Shown in pieces: positions 36,468 to 45,738 of a DNA stretch of 64,000 nt; within the stretch, counting starts at the first letter, position 1; the number at the start of each line of letters is the position of its first letter. The position numbers and the translations under genes are program-made. The stretch is from assembly GCA_035541475.1 (NCBI GenBank), contig DATKND010000056.1, positions 154 through 64,153 of the forward strand. Direction: 5' to 3'. The stretch comes from Myxococcota bacterium (GTDB lineage Bacteria; Myxococcota_A; UBA9160; SMWR01). The notes beneath the pieces were generated by a model. It was not told the DNA's origin, searched no databases, and saw nothing but the letters and a program-made list of their open reading frames with translations.

Positions 36468-38375
36468 ATGCGCCAGACGAACGAGCCTTCGCACTCGGTG
36501 CGCCGCGCGCGGCGCAGCGCGGTGCACTTGGCGATCGCGTGCATCGCGTTCGCCGCAGCGTCCGCGCGCGCGATCGTGACGCCGCAGGGCCCTGCCTACC
36601 CGGTGTCGCAGTTCGTGGTCGAGTACGCGATCGGCCACCCGCATCACATCCCGGAGTACGAGATCCTGAACCTCGAGGTCGGGCTCGCCGGTCAGCCGGG
36701 GCTGCTCACCGCGCCGCGCCCGGTCGACCGCACCATGCGCATGCGCCTCGACGCGCCGCCGCAGGGCATGCTCTTCACGGCCGAGGCGATCCAGCACATC
36801 AACCGCTACATCGTCTCGACCTTCAACCGCCGCGGCTACAACGGCGTGATCGTGTCCGTGCCCGACATCGAGGAGGGCACCGGCCGCGACCTGCGCCCGC
36901 CGGGTGACACGACGCTCCGGCTCCGCATCTGGACCGGCCGCATCACGCGCCTCACCACCTTCGCGGACGACGAGCGCTTCGGCGGGCTCAGCGTCGACGA
37001 GCGCACGAACCTGCCGGCGCACGAGTGGATCCGCGACCGCGCGCCGGTCCAGCCGGGCGGCGTGCGCGCGATCCTCGACGTGGTGGCGCTCGAGGACTAC
37101 GCGGACTGGCTCTCGCGCCATCCGGGACGCCGCGTCGACGTCGAGGTCAGCCCCGGCCCGCATCCGGGCAGCTCGGACGTGAATCTGCGGATCGCCGAGC
37201 AGAAGCCCTGGCGCGTCTTCGCGGAGTACTCGAACACCGGCACTGCCGCCACCACGAAGAACCGCGAGCGCTTCGGCTTCGTCGACACGCAGCTCACCTC
37301 GCGCGACGACACCCTCGACCTCACCTACTCGACCGGCGACTTCGACACCGTGCAGGCGGTCTACGGCGGCTACGAGGCTCCCTTCAGCTTGAACTACCCG
37401 ACCTTGCGCGGCCGCGTGCGCGGGCTCTGGGACAAGTACGACTCGAGCGACGTCGGCTTCGACACGCTCGGCTTCAAGGGCGAGGAGTGGCTCACCGAGG
37501 GCTCGCTCGTCTGGCAGGCCTATCAGGACCACAAGCTCTTCGTCGATCTCGTGGGCGGCGTCCGCTACCACGACATCTCCTCCGACGGCGGCCAGTTCAA
37601 CCAAGGCGCGGCCGGCTGCAAGTCGAACGGCAACGGCCATGCCGACTTCGTCGTGCCTCATTTCGGTGTCGAGAGCGAGCGCGACACGGGCTGGACCAGC
37701 ATGCGCAGCAGCATGGGGTTCGACGTCGGCGTGACCGGCGCGGACTCCTGCGATCTCGACAACCTCGGCAACCTCGACGCCTCGGATCACTTCGTCGTGT
37801 TCAACTGGAGCAGCGCGCTCTCGTTCTTCCTCGAACCGCTGCTGAATCCGCAGGGCTGGGAGGATCCGACCAACCACGCGGACTCGACGCTCGCGCACGA
37901 GATCCAGCTCGACTTCTCGGGCCAGTACGCGTTCGAGCGGCTGGTGCCGCAGTACCAGGCGATCGCCGGCGGACTCGACACCGTGCGCGGCGCCAAGCAG
38001 GCCCAGGTCGCGGGCGACGACCTGGTGCTCGGCCGCGCCGAGTACCGCCTGCACGTGCCGCGCCTCTTCAAGCCCGACGCGACGCCGACCACCTTGCCGG
38101 TCTTCGGCGATTTCCGCACGCGGCCCGCGCACGTCTTCGGCCTGCCGGACTGGGACTTCGTCGTCAGCCTCTTCAGCGACGTCGGCTGGGTCGGCTACCA
38201 CGACCAGAACCCGACCGAGCACGAGGCGACGCTCTGGAGCATCGGCACCGGCTTCGAGCTGCAGGTGCTGCGCAACTTCGTGATCGGCGTGGACGTCGGA
38301 TACATGATCCAGGGCGCGGAAGAGAGTCGGGACGGCACCACCGAGACCAACGTCCTGGCCACGATCCTCTACTAG
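36468..38375 (+). CDS. two-partner secretion transporter, ShlB/FhaC (TpsB) family, copy 2
   Basis: 635 aa, collinear paralogue of copy 1 (YPVSQFVVEYA..., LRIWTGRI, AEQKPWRVFAEYSNTGT, NRERFGFVDTQLT). L6 motif is TVRGAKQ, with FSDVG strand motif and terminal ...LATILY. Confidence 0.85.
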   Translation: MRQTNEPSHSVRRARRSAVHLAIACIAFAAASARAIVTPQGPAYPVSQFVVEYAIGHPHHIPEYEILNLEVGLAGQPGLLTAPRPVDRTMRMRLDAPPQGMLFTAEAIQHINRYIVSTFNRRGYNGVIVSVPDIEEGTGRDLRPPGDTTLRLRIWTGRITRLTTFADDERFGGLSVDERTNLPAHEWIRDRAPVQPGGVRAILDVVALEDYADWLSRHPGRRVDVEVSPGPHPGSSDVNLRIAEQKPWRVFAEYSNTGTAATTKNRERFGFVDTQLTSRDDTLDLTYSTGDFDTVQAVYGGYEAPFSLNYPTLRGRVRGLWDKYDSSDVGFDTLGFKGEEWLTEGSLVWQAYQDHKLFVDLVGGVRYHDISSDGGQFNQGAAGCKSNGNGHADFVVPHFGVESERDTGWTSMRSSMGFDVGVTGADSCDLDNLGNLDASDHFVVFNWSSALSFFLEPLLNPQGWEDPTNHADSTLAHEIQLDFSGQYAFERLVPQYQAIAGGLDTVRGAKQAQVAGDDLVLGRAEYRLHVPRLFKPDATPTTLPVFGDFRTRPAHVFGLPDWDFVVSLFSDVGWVGYHDQNPTEHEATLWSIGTGFELQVLRNFVIGVDVGYMIQGAEESRDGTTETNVLATILY

Positions 38376-38383
38376 GAGCGCGC

Positions 38384-41300
38384 ATGCGAAAGGCATGGGA
38401 GCGGAGCGAAGCGCGGACGTCGCGGGCGCGGCGCGCGACCGCCTGGAGCGTGCTCGGCGCCTTCCTCGGCACCTTGCCCGGCGCGCCCGCCGCGATCGCC
38501 GCGCCGCAGGGCGAGCGCGTCGTGAAGGGCAAGGCGACCTTCGAGCGCGACGGCGCGGACACGCACATCACGACGCAGACGAAGGAGACGATCGTCGACT
38601 ACGACCGCTTCGACGTCGGCTCCGGCGAGAGCGTGCGCATCGACCAGCCGACCTCGCGCTCGCGCATCCTGAACCGCGTCCCGCGCGGCGACGAGAGCCG
38701 CATCGACGGCTCGCTCTCCTCGAACGGCATCGTCTACATCCTGAACCCGGCCGGCGTGTTCCTCGGCGACCACGCGGTGGTGAGCGTCGGCGGGCTCGTG
38801 GCGGGCGCGGGCTCGCTCTCGAACAAGGACTTCTCGCGCGGCGTCGACCGCATCACCGACGTGCAGGGCGATGTCGGCGTGGCCGAGGGCGCGCGCGTGC
38901 AGTCCACCGGCGACGTGCTGCTCGCCGGGCGCCACGTCGAGAACCTCGGCGAGATCGCGAGCGAGCGCGGCATGATCGCGCTCGTCGCCGGCCAGAACGT
39001 GATGCTGACGCGCCACGGCAGCCACCTGCTCCTCGATGTCGACGCGCCGGCGGAGTCCGCCGGCGATCCGAACTTTGCGCTCACCCAGGCCGGCACGCTC
39101 GAGGCCAAGAGCGTCACCTTGTCCGCGGGCGACAGCTACTCGCTCGCGATGAACCACACCGGCATCACGCGCGCCGGCGAGATCGACGTCCAGGCCGGGC
39201 GCGAGGCCGAGGTCGAGCTCGCGGGCACGCTCGACGCCTCGAACGCGGCGGTCGGCAAGACCGGCGGGAGCATCCACGTCGAGGGCGGGAAGATCGACGT
39301 GCAGGACGCGACGCTCGACGCCTCGGGCGCCGCGGGCGGCGGCGAGATCCTCGTCGGCGGCGATCTGCACGGCGGCGGGACCATGCCGGTCGCGCACGAC
39401 GTGGAGGTCGGCGCGGACGCGACACTCCGCGCGGACGCCACGGCCGCCGGCAACGGCGGGAAGATCATCGTCTACGCGGACGAGCAGACGCGCTTCTACG
39501 GGGCCGTCTCCGCGCGCGGCGGTCCGCAGGGCGGCGACGGCGGCTTCGCCGAGATCTCGGGGATGGTGCTCACGGCCGCGGGCCACGTCGATCTCGGCGC
39601 CGCGCAGGGCCAGAGCGGAACGGTGCTCTACGACCCGGACAAGATCGTGATCGTCGGCGGCAGCGGCACCGACACGAACGATCCGACGGTGAGCCAGATG
39701 TACGAGTCGAGCCTCGAGAGCACGAATGCGGACGTCGTGATCTCGGCGACGAACCGGATCGAGACCGCGGGCACTTTCACGAACCAGGCCGCCGGCGAGG
39801 GCCCGGGCATCGTCGTGATCATGCCGGGCCACAGCCTGACCTTGCGGACCACGGCCACCTCGGCGCCGCTGAGCGCCGGCCCCGACGACTTCGGCATCGA
39901 TCTCACGAAGAGCTCGGAGGGCGACACGCTCACCTGGCGCGTAAGCCAGGGCGGGAACATCACGATCCAGACCGCGTTCGACACCGTGGACCCGGCGCCC
40001 TCGTTTCAGCCGCCCATCAAGGTCGGCAAGCTCGAGTCGAACAGCGCGGCCTTCCAGACCACTACGACGGCGAGCGTCGACACGCCCGTGTCGGCGGACC
40101 GGACCATCACGATCTCCGCCAAGCGCGGCGACATTTCCGTGCGTCAGATCACCGCGAACGGCGACGACGCGACGCCGGCGCAGCCCGCCGAGGGGAACAA
40201 TCCGGCGAGAGCGGCCCGTAGCGCCAGCGGAGCCGCGAGCATCACGGTCACGAGCTCGGAGGGCAACGTCACGATCGGCAACGGATCGGACGCCTTCGCG
40301 ATCCAGGCGCATGGCGGCAGCGGCACGCCGAGCGCCCACTCACTCGGTGCGAAGGGCGCCTCGGTCACGATCGGCACCGAGGGCGGGAATCTGGACGTGC
40401 TCGGCGCGATCGACGCCCACGGCGGCGACGGCGTCGGCTCCTTCACGATCACGAATCCAACCACGGGGCAGTCGGGCCAGGCCTCGGGCGGCGGCGCCGG
40501 CGGCGCGATCGCGCTCGCCGCGACCACGAGCTCGACCGATCCCGCCGTCGACCAGGGTCACCTCCGAGTGATGGCGGACCTCGATGCTCGCGGCGGCAAC
40601 GGCCACGCGGTGCGCAACGACGACGGAACAGTGGAGGACGCGACCGGCAACTTCGGCGGCGCGATCGCGCTCTCCGCGACGCGGACCATCGATGTCGGGG
40701 CAGCGGGCGCGCGCGTCACCTTCGACGCGTCGGGCGGCGACGGCACTTCGTCGGGCGGCAGCGCGCGCGGCAGCAACGCCAGTCTGACCCCCGATGTGCC
40801 GGGGGCCGCCCTGACCGAGGCCTTCCGCATCTCGGGTCCGGTCGCCGACAACGGATCGGTCGGGGTCACCGAGGACGACGTCACGATCCACGCGGACCTG
40901 ATCGCACGAGGCGGCAACGCGCGAAGCGGGGCTCTCGCCGAGGACGGCATCGCGTTCTCGGAGCTTGCGGGCGGGGACGGCGGCCACGGCGGCGACGCCA
41001 GCGTGCAGGCGCACAGTTTCCTCGCGAGCGACATGCTGCTCGACATGAGCGGGGGCGCAGGGAGCGCCGCCCCGGTGCGAGGCGGCGTCGATCCGCCGCG
41101 CGGCGCGGATGGCAAGGCGCTCCTGCTCGGCGGAAACGGCGGCACGCTCTCGATCGGCGCCGAGGCGACGATCGAGCTCGGCGGCACCGCATCCGATCCG
41201 GAGGCCTGCTGCGGCGTGATCTCGCGGGGCGGCGACGCCACGAACGGCGGCGCCGGAGACGGCGGCATCGTCACGGCCACGGGCGGCGACGTTGCGCCGA

Positions 41301-44300
41301 CCGGAGCGCCCGATCCGACGCATTGGATCATCGCCGGCGACATGGACGTGTCGGGCGGCAACGCGTCGCTCGAGAACCCGACCAGCAAGGTGCCGCTCGA
41401 CGGCGGTGCCGGCGGCAGCATCACGCTCACCTCGAACGAGGAGGACGTCGGCCGCGTGCTGCTGCGCGGGCGGCTCGGCGGCGAGGGCGGCACGGGCATC
41501 GACACGGATGGCAACACCACGCACGGACAGGGTGCCACCGTGACCCTGACCGCGGTGTCGGCCATTCAGGTCGATGGCTCGGTGCTGAACCCCGATGGCA
41601 GCGTCCCGGCAGGTGTCGTCGTCGGGGGAGGCAACCTGACGCTCGGCGCGAAGTACATCGGAACCGGAACGAACGACGACGGCACGCCGACGGGCGTGGA
41701 CGCGCCGATCCCGATCGCCGGCACGGCCGTCACGGGCGCCGAGGGCTCCGACCTCGCGACGATCACGGGCAACGCCCCGGACACCACCGCCAATGCCGGG
41801 CGGATCGCCGTGGAGCTCCGACGCGAGAACGGGCTCCCGACGAACGGGACCGACGCCGCGGGCCAGGAGGGCCTCGAGACCCTCGTGGTCGTGATGCACG
41901 ACCCGGCGAGCACGGCGCTGGTGACGCGCGACGACTCGGGTGGCGACACCATGGTGCTCCAATCGGTCGGGGCTACCGCCACGACGCCCCACACGCTCGA
42001 GAGTCTCCAGACGAACGACGGGGATCCGTTCGTCGAATATCGCCTCGACGTCAGCGTCGACACCACCACCGGTGCGACGCAGCCCGACCTCGCGATCGCG
42101 CGCGATGCGATCGACGTGGGCATCGTGGGGGCGCGGGTCGCGAACGGCGGCACCAACCCCGACGCGACCACCGGCGTCGCGCCGAATCGCGGCGCGATCG
42201 TGGCGGTCGGCGCCGGCACGGATCCGCACGCCACCACCGCCGGCACCCTGAACTTCGAGGGCTCGTCGATCGGGACGGCGACGGATCCGATCGAAGTGGC
42301 CGGTGTCACGCACGACCAGCCCGGCGCGACGAACCCGATCCGACCGATCCTGCGCTTCGACGCGCAGGGCGAGATCCAGGCGAAGGTCGCTCAGAGCACG
42401 CCCGTCTCCGACCTCGAGATCGTGCAGTTCGACGCGGGATCCGGCGCGCACGTCGACCTCGGCGGAGGCGACGGTATCCAGATCGACTCGGCCAGCGCCG
42501 ACTCGAGGGTTCCGATCAGCCGCATCACGAGCGCGGTCACGACCGCGTCGGGCACCGGCTTCAGCTATCGGCTCGAGGCGAAGGCTCCCGACAAGTCGGT
42601 GAATGAGGCAGCCCTCCAGGTGGACCACGTCGACCTCGGCGGCACCGGCCTGCTGAGCGCCCCGGGCGACGTGCTGCTGCGCGACACCGGCAGCGGCTCG
42701 CCCGCGATCCAGACGAACGGCCACGCGCTTTCGATCTCGAGCACGAGCGGCGGCATCCAGCAGGAAGGCACCGGGATCTCGATCGACATGAGCGGCGGCA
42801 CGGGCACGGAGCGCGATCTCGTGCTGACCACCAACGGCGACATCGGCACCGTCGGCACCAACGGCGCCCCCGATCAGCCGATCCGCACGCGCGGGGTCCA
42901 TCGCCTCGCGGGCCAGGCGGCGCTCGGCGACCTCGTGCTCGTGAACGACTCCGCGGGCACCGACGGGCTCCGGATCGAGCAGCTCACGCCGCAGGATCCC
43001 GCGCTCCAGGATTCCGGCTCGAGCGGCTCTTCCGTCAACGGGCTCCTCGCGAGCGGATCGAACGGGAGCGGCAACGTCCGCATCGAGAACGACGACTCGC
43101 GCATCGTGCTCGGCAACGTGGGCGCCGGTGGCGAGTTCAGCGTCGCGCAGATCACCGCGGCCGCGGGCGTGATGTTGAAGGCGCAGTCGATCGAGATCGA
43201 GAACGCGCGTTACCTGAAGGTCGCGACGCCGCTCGGCCCGGTGTTCGTACCGCTGAACGACGCGCGCATCGCGGCGGGCAAGGACGTGGTGCTCGACGGG
43301 CCGGTGCAGACCTCGCTCGGCTCGGTCGCCTCGAGCACGGACCCGGCCGCGCCGGCCCCCCAGTTCGTGAACGGCAAGCTGAAGATCGAGTCGAAGGGCA
43401 CGACGCACTTCACCGGCGACGTCGGCGGCGACGGCAGCGACGACCAGAACGAGCTCGCGCTGCTCGACACGACCGATGCGGCCGCCGAGGGCGCCGGCAC
43501 GCGCACCTTCCGCGTCGGCGACGCGCACTTCCGCGGCACGCTCGACGGCCCGGCGGGCGTGCAGGTGATCGCGCACGACCTCAGCACGTCGGCGCCGGAC
43601 CACGTGGCCGGCGCGACCTTCGACGGAAACATCGGCGGTCACACGCCGCTCGCAAGCTTCGACGTGCAGGCCGAGCAGCTCCGCTTCACGACAGCGAACC
43701 AGATCGTCGCGACGGGCGACATCACCCTCGACGGCAATCCGACGAACACCCCGCAGACGGTCGCGACGATCGCCGACACCACCGGCGGTCTCAGCATCCG
43801 CTCGCAGAACGGCACGTTCCGCACCGGCGAGCAGCCCGTTCCGGGTGCCGTCACGAACGAGAAGCTCTCGGTGCAGGGGCCGCTCGAGATCTCCGCTCAG
43901 CACGTCTCGGTCGAGGACGTCAACGCCGCGCAGCACCTCCAGATCAACTCGCCCGACATCCAGATCCGCGCGCGCGATCCCGGTACGCTGCTGCTCAAGA
44001 ACGGCCAGACGACGACCGACGGCGGCACCGACCTCGTCGCCGACTCGATCTCCTTCTCGACGCTCCCGACGATCGATCACGGCGCGAGCACCGCGCCCGT
44101 GCTCCTCGGCGTGGGCGGCGGCGGCGTCTCCGCGCCGGGCAACTTGAGCGACTTCGAGGTTAGGCGCTTCACGCCGAGCGTGGACCGCGTCGTGCCGGGC
44201 GACATGACGGGTCCGAGCGGCGTGGTGCTCGACCTGACCGCGACCGGCAACAGCATCGTCGGCGATCCGAGCGAGGACGTGCCGCGGCAGCGCCCGCTGA

Positions 44301-44863
44301 CCGACCCGTACCTGCCGCCGCGCTTCAGCAAGCAGCAGCCGGGGCCCGCTCCGGTCGTCGACGCGGAGCAGGTGCTCGCATATCTGCGCTGCGGCGACGC
44401 AGGCGGCGTCGGCGCGGGCTGCGACGTGGCGGACAGCGAGGAGCTCGCCGGCGTGCACGACTGGCAGAACTCCGCGCTTGCGACACCGCGCGCGGATCAG
44501 CTCGCGCAGAGCTACCGCGCGATGCGCGCGCACAAGCTCTCCGCGGTCTTCGACCGGGCCGGCACGGGCTTCCGCCAGGCGCAGGGCTTCGGCGAGTTCG
44601 ATTCGGCGGCCTTCGCCCGCTACCTCGAGAGCGGCGCGCAGCCCGAGGCGCGCACGGCGATCCACCAGCTCGCGTACCTGCTGGTCGAGGTCGATCTCCT
44701 CGGCCTCGCGCCCGCCGACGAGATGCACGTGCGCCGCGAGCTCGCCTCGCAGCTCGCGACCGAGGCCGACCTCGAGGGCTTCGACACGGACGCCGCGCTG
44801 CAAGCCGTCGCGGCGACGTCGATCGAGCTGCCGCAGCGGGCCGCGAACGAGACGCGGCGCTAG
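38384..44863 (+). CDS. TpsA-type exoprotein 2 (TPS domain protein, 2159 aa)
   Basis: ATG at 38384 with AGGAG 5 nt upstream, 8 nt after the tpsB2 stop. TPS domain GKATFERDGADTHITTQ...ESVRIDQPTSRSRILNRV...SSNGIVYILNPAGVFLG. Gly-rich repeats and a C-terminal module shared with exoprotein 1. The upstream 453 codons of the track ORF overlap tpsB2 and are rejected. Confidence 0.9.
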   Translation: MRKAWERSEARTSRARRATAWSVLGAFLGTLPGAPAAIAAPQGERVVKGKATFERDGADTHITTQTKETIVDYDRFDVGSGESVRIDQPTSRSRILNRVPRGDESRIDGSLSSNGIVYILNPAGVFLGDHAVVSVGGLVAGAGSLSNKDFSRGVDRITDVQGDVGVAEGARVQSTGDVLLAGRHVENLGEIASERGMIALVAGQNVMLTRHGSHLLLDVDAPAESAGDPNFALTQAGTLEAKSVTLSAGDSYSLAMNHTGITRAGEIDVQAGREAEVELAGTLDASNAAVGKTGGSIHVEGGKIDVQDATLDASGAAGGGEILVGGDLHGGGTMPVAHDVEVGADATLRADATAAGNGGKIIVYADEQTRFYGAVSARGGPQGGDGGFAEISGMVLTAAGHVDLGAAQGQSGTVLYDPDKIVIVGGSGTDTNDPTVSQMYESSLESTNADVVISATNRIETAGTFTNQAAGEGPGIVVIMPGHSLTLRTTATSAPLSAGPDDFGIDLTKSSEGDTLTWRVSQGGNITIQTAFDTVDPAPSFQPPIKVGKLESNSAAFQTTTTASVDTPVSADRTITISAKRGDISVRQITANGDDATPAQPAEGNNPARAARSASGAASITVTSSEGNVTIGNGSDAFAIQAHGGSGTPSAHSLGAKGASVTIGTEGGNLDVLGAIDAHGGDGVGSFTITNPTTGQSGQASGGGAGGAIALAATTSSTDPAVDQGHLRVMADLDARGGNGHAVRNDDGTVEDATGNFGGAIALSATRTIDVGAAGARVTFDASGGDGTSSGGSARGSNASLTPDVPGAALTEAFRISGPVADNGSVGVTEDDVTIHADLIARGGNARSGALAEDGIAFSELAGGDGGHGGDASVQAHSFLASDMLLDMSGGAGSAAPVRGGVDPPRGADGKALLLGGNGGTLSIGAEATIELGGTASDPEACCGVISRGGDATNGGAGDGGIVTATGGDVAPTGAPDPTHWIIAGDMDVSGGNASLENPTSKVPLDGGAGGSITLTSNEEDVGRVLLRGRLGGEGGTGIDTDGNTTHGQGATVTLTAVSAIQVDGSVLNPDGSVPAGVVVGGGNLTLGAKYIGTGTNDDGTPTGVDAPIPIAGTAVTGAEGSDLATITGNAPDTTANAGRIAVELRRENGLPTNGTDAAGQEGLETLVVVMHDPASTALVTRDDSGGDTMVLQSVGATATTPHTLESLQTNDGDPFVEYRLDVSVDTTTGATQPDLAIARDAIDVGIVGARVANGGTNPDATTGVAPNRGAIVAVGAGTDPHATTAGTLNFEGSSIGTATDPIEVAGVTHDQPGATNPIRPILRFDAQGEIQAKVAQSTPVSDLEIVQFDAGSGAHVDLGGGDGIQIDSASADSRVPISRITSAVTTASGTGFSYRLEAKAPDKSVNEAALQVDHVDLGGTGLLSAPGDVLLRDTGSGSPAIQTNGHALSISSTSGGIQQEGTGISIDMSGGTGTERDLVLTTNGDIGTVGTNGAPDQPIRTRGVHRLAGQAALGDLVLVNDSAGTDGLRIEQLTPQDPALQDSGSSGSSVNGLLASGSNGSGNVRIENDDSRIVLGNVGAGGEFSVAQITAAAGVMLKAQSIEIENARYLKVATPLGPVFVPLNDARIAAGKDVVLDGPVQTSLGSVASSTDPAAPAPQFVNGKLKIESKGTTHFTGDVGGDGSDDQNELALLDTTDAAAEGAGTRTFRVGDAHFRGTLDGPAGVQVIAHDLSTSAPDHVAGATFDGNIGGHTPLASFDVQAEQLRFTTANQIVATGDITLDGNPTNTPQTVATIADTTGGLSIRSQNGTFRTGEQPVPGAVTNEKLSVQGPLEISAQHVSVEDVNAAQHLQINSPDIQIRARDPGTLLLKNGQTTTDGGTDLVADSISFSTLPTIDHGASTAPVLLGVGGGGVSAPGNLSDFEVRRFTPSVDRVVPGDMTGPSGVVLDLTATGNSIVGDPSEDVPRQRPLTDPYLPPRFSKQQPGPAPVVDAEQVLAYLRCGDAGGVGAGCDVADSEELAGVHDWQNSALATPRADQLAQSYRAMRAHKLSAVFDRAGTGFRQAQGFGEFDSAAFARYLESGAQPEARTAIHQLAYLLVEVDLLGLAPADEMHVRRELASQLATEADLEGFDTDAALQAVAATSIELPQRAANETRR

Positions 44864-45738
44864 TGCACCGCGCCGCGCTTCGCGCGCAGCGCGTCGCGCT
44901 TCGCGCGGAGCGCCGCGGCGTCGGGGTGGCCGGGCAGGAGCTCCAGCGCGCGGTCGAGATCCGCGGCGGCCGCCGAGTGCAGCGACATGCCCTCGTACAC
45001 GAGCGCGCGGTCGCGTAGCTCGGTCGGCGAATCGGGAAGCAGCATCAGGATGCGATCGCAGCAGCCGAGTGTGCGCTCGAGGTCGCCGCGGTCCGCGTAG
45101 ATGCGCTTCAGGTTGCCGAGCAGGCGCCCCAGGATCTCGCGCGGCGGCGCGGCGCGCAGGTGCACGGCCGGCTCGAGCAGCGCGGGCATCGGCAACGCCG
45201 CGTCGAGGCGACGCTGACACGCGTCGCGGTCGAGGATCGCGCGCTCGAAGGCGTCAACCACCAGGAGCCCGTCCGGCACCGCGCAGCGGAGCAGGAAGTG
45301 ACCGGGGAACGACACGCCCTCGAAGCCCAGTCCGAGGCGGTGGCCGACGGCCTGCATCACGAGCGCGAGCGTGATCGGGATGCCGAGCCGGCGCTCCAGC
45401 ACCTCGTTCAGGAAGCTGTTGCGCGGGTCGTAGTAGTCCTGCGTGTTGCCGCGGAAGCCCTGCGCGCGGAAGAAGTCGACCAGGGTCGCGATCCGCTCGA
45501 CCGCGTCGCCGCCCTGCGCGATCTCCGGCGCGGCCGCGTCGGCGAGTGAATCGAGGCGCGCGAGGTAGCGCGCGACGTCGAGATCCGCGTACTCCTCGGC
45601 CGCGATCCAGAGCGCCGCCTCGGCGAGGTCGATCGCCGCGTCGGACCCCGTGGCGATCTCGCCGAAACGCTCCCGCGGATTCGCGCCCGCTACGCCCAGA
45701 AGGCGTCCACCGCGTACTGGTCGAGCGCCGTCGACCAC
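44860..45738 (-). CDS. SirB1-like protein (transglutaminase-like N-terminal region + TPR, UPF0162-type)
   Basis: C-terminal about 290 aa of the 422-aa track ORF: ...DLAEAALWIAAEEYADLDVARYLARLDSLA...RGNTQDYYDPRNSFLNEVLERRLGIPITLALV...FPGHFLLR... plus TPR. The start is uncertain: the nearest in-frame canonical start is the GTG at 45738, which overlaps the upstream gene by 49 nt. Confidence 0.6.
   Translation of the reverse strand: MVDGARPVRGGRLLGVAGANPRERFGEIATGSDAAIDLAEAALWIAAEEYADLDVARYLARLDSLADAAAPEIAQGGDAVERIATLVDFFRAQGFRGNTQDYYDPRNSFLNEVLERRLGIPITLALVMQAVGHRLGLGFEGVSFPGHFLLRCAVPDGLLVVDAFERAILDRDACQRRLDAALPMPALLEPAVHLRAAPPREILGRLLGNLKRIYADRGDLERTLGCCDRILMLLPDSPTELRDRALVYEGMSLHSAAAADLDRALELLPGHPDAAALRAKRDALRAKRGAVH

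Noticed and set aside
37025-38383. Upstream 453-codon extension of the tpsA2 ORF (track 37025-44863), and similar N-terminal extensions at 15882, 17434, 25120, 27319, 46121 and 54845
   Set aside because: The extensions overlap the preceding, well-supported genes in another frame and are Arg/Pro/Ala-rich. Internal starts with an RBS or a GTGA/ATGA junction give proteins with proper N-termini or signal peptides.
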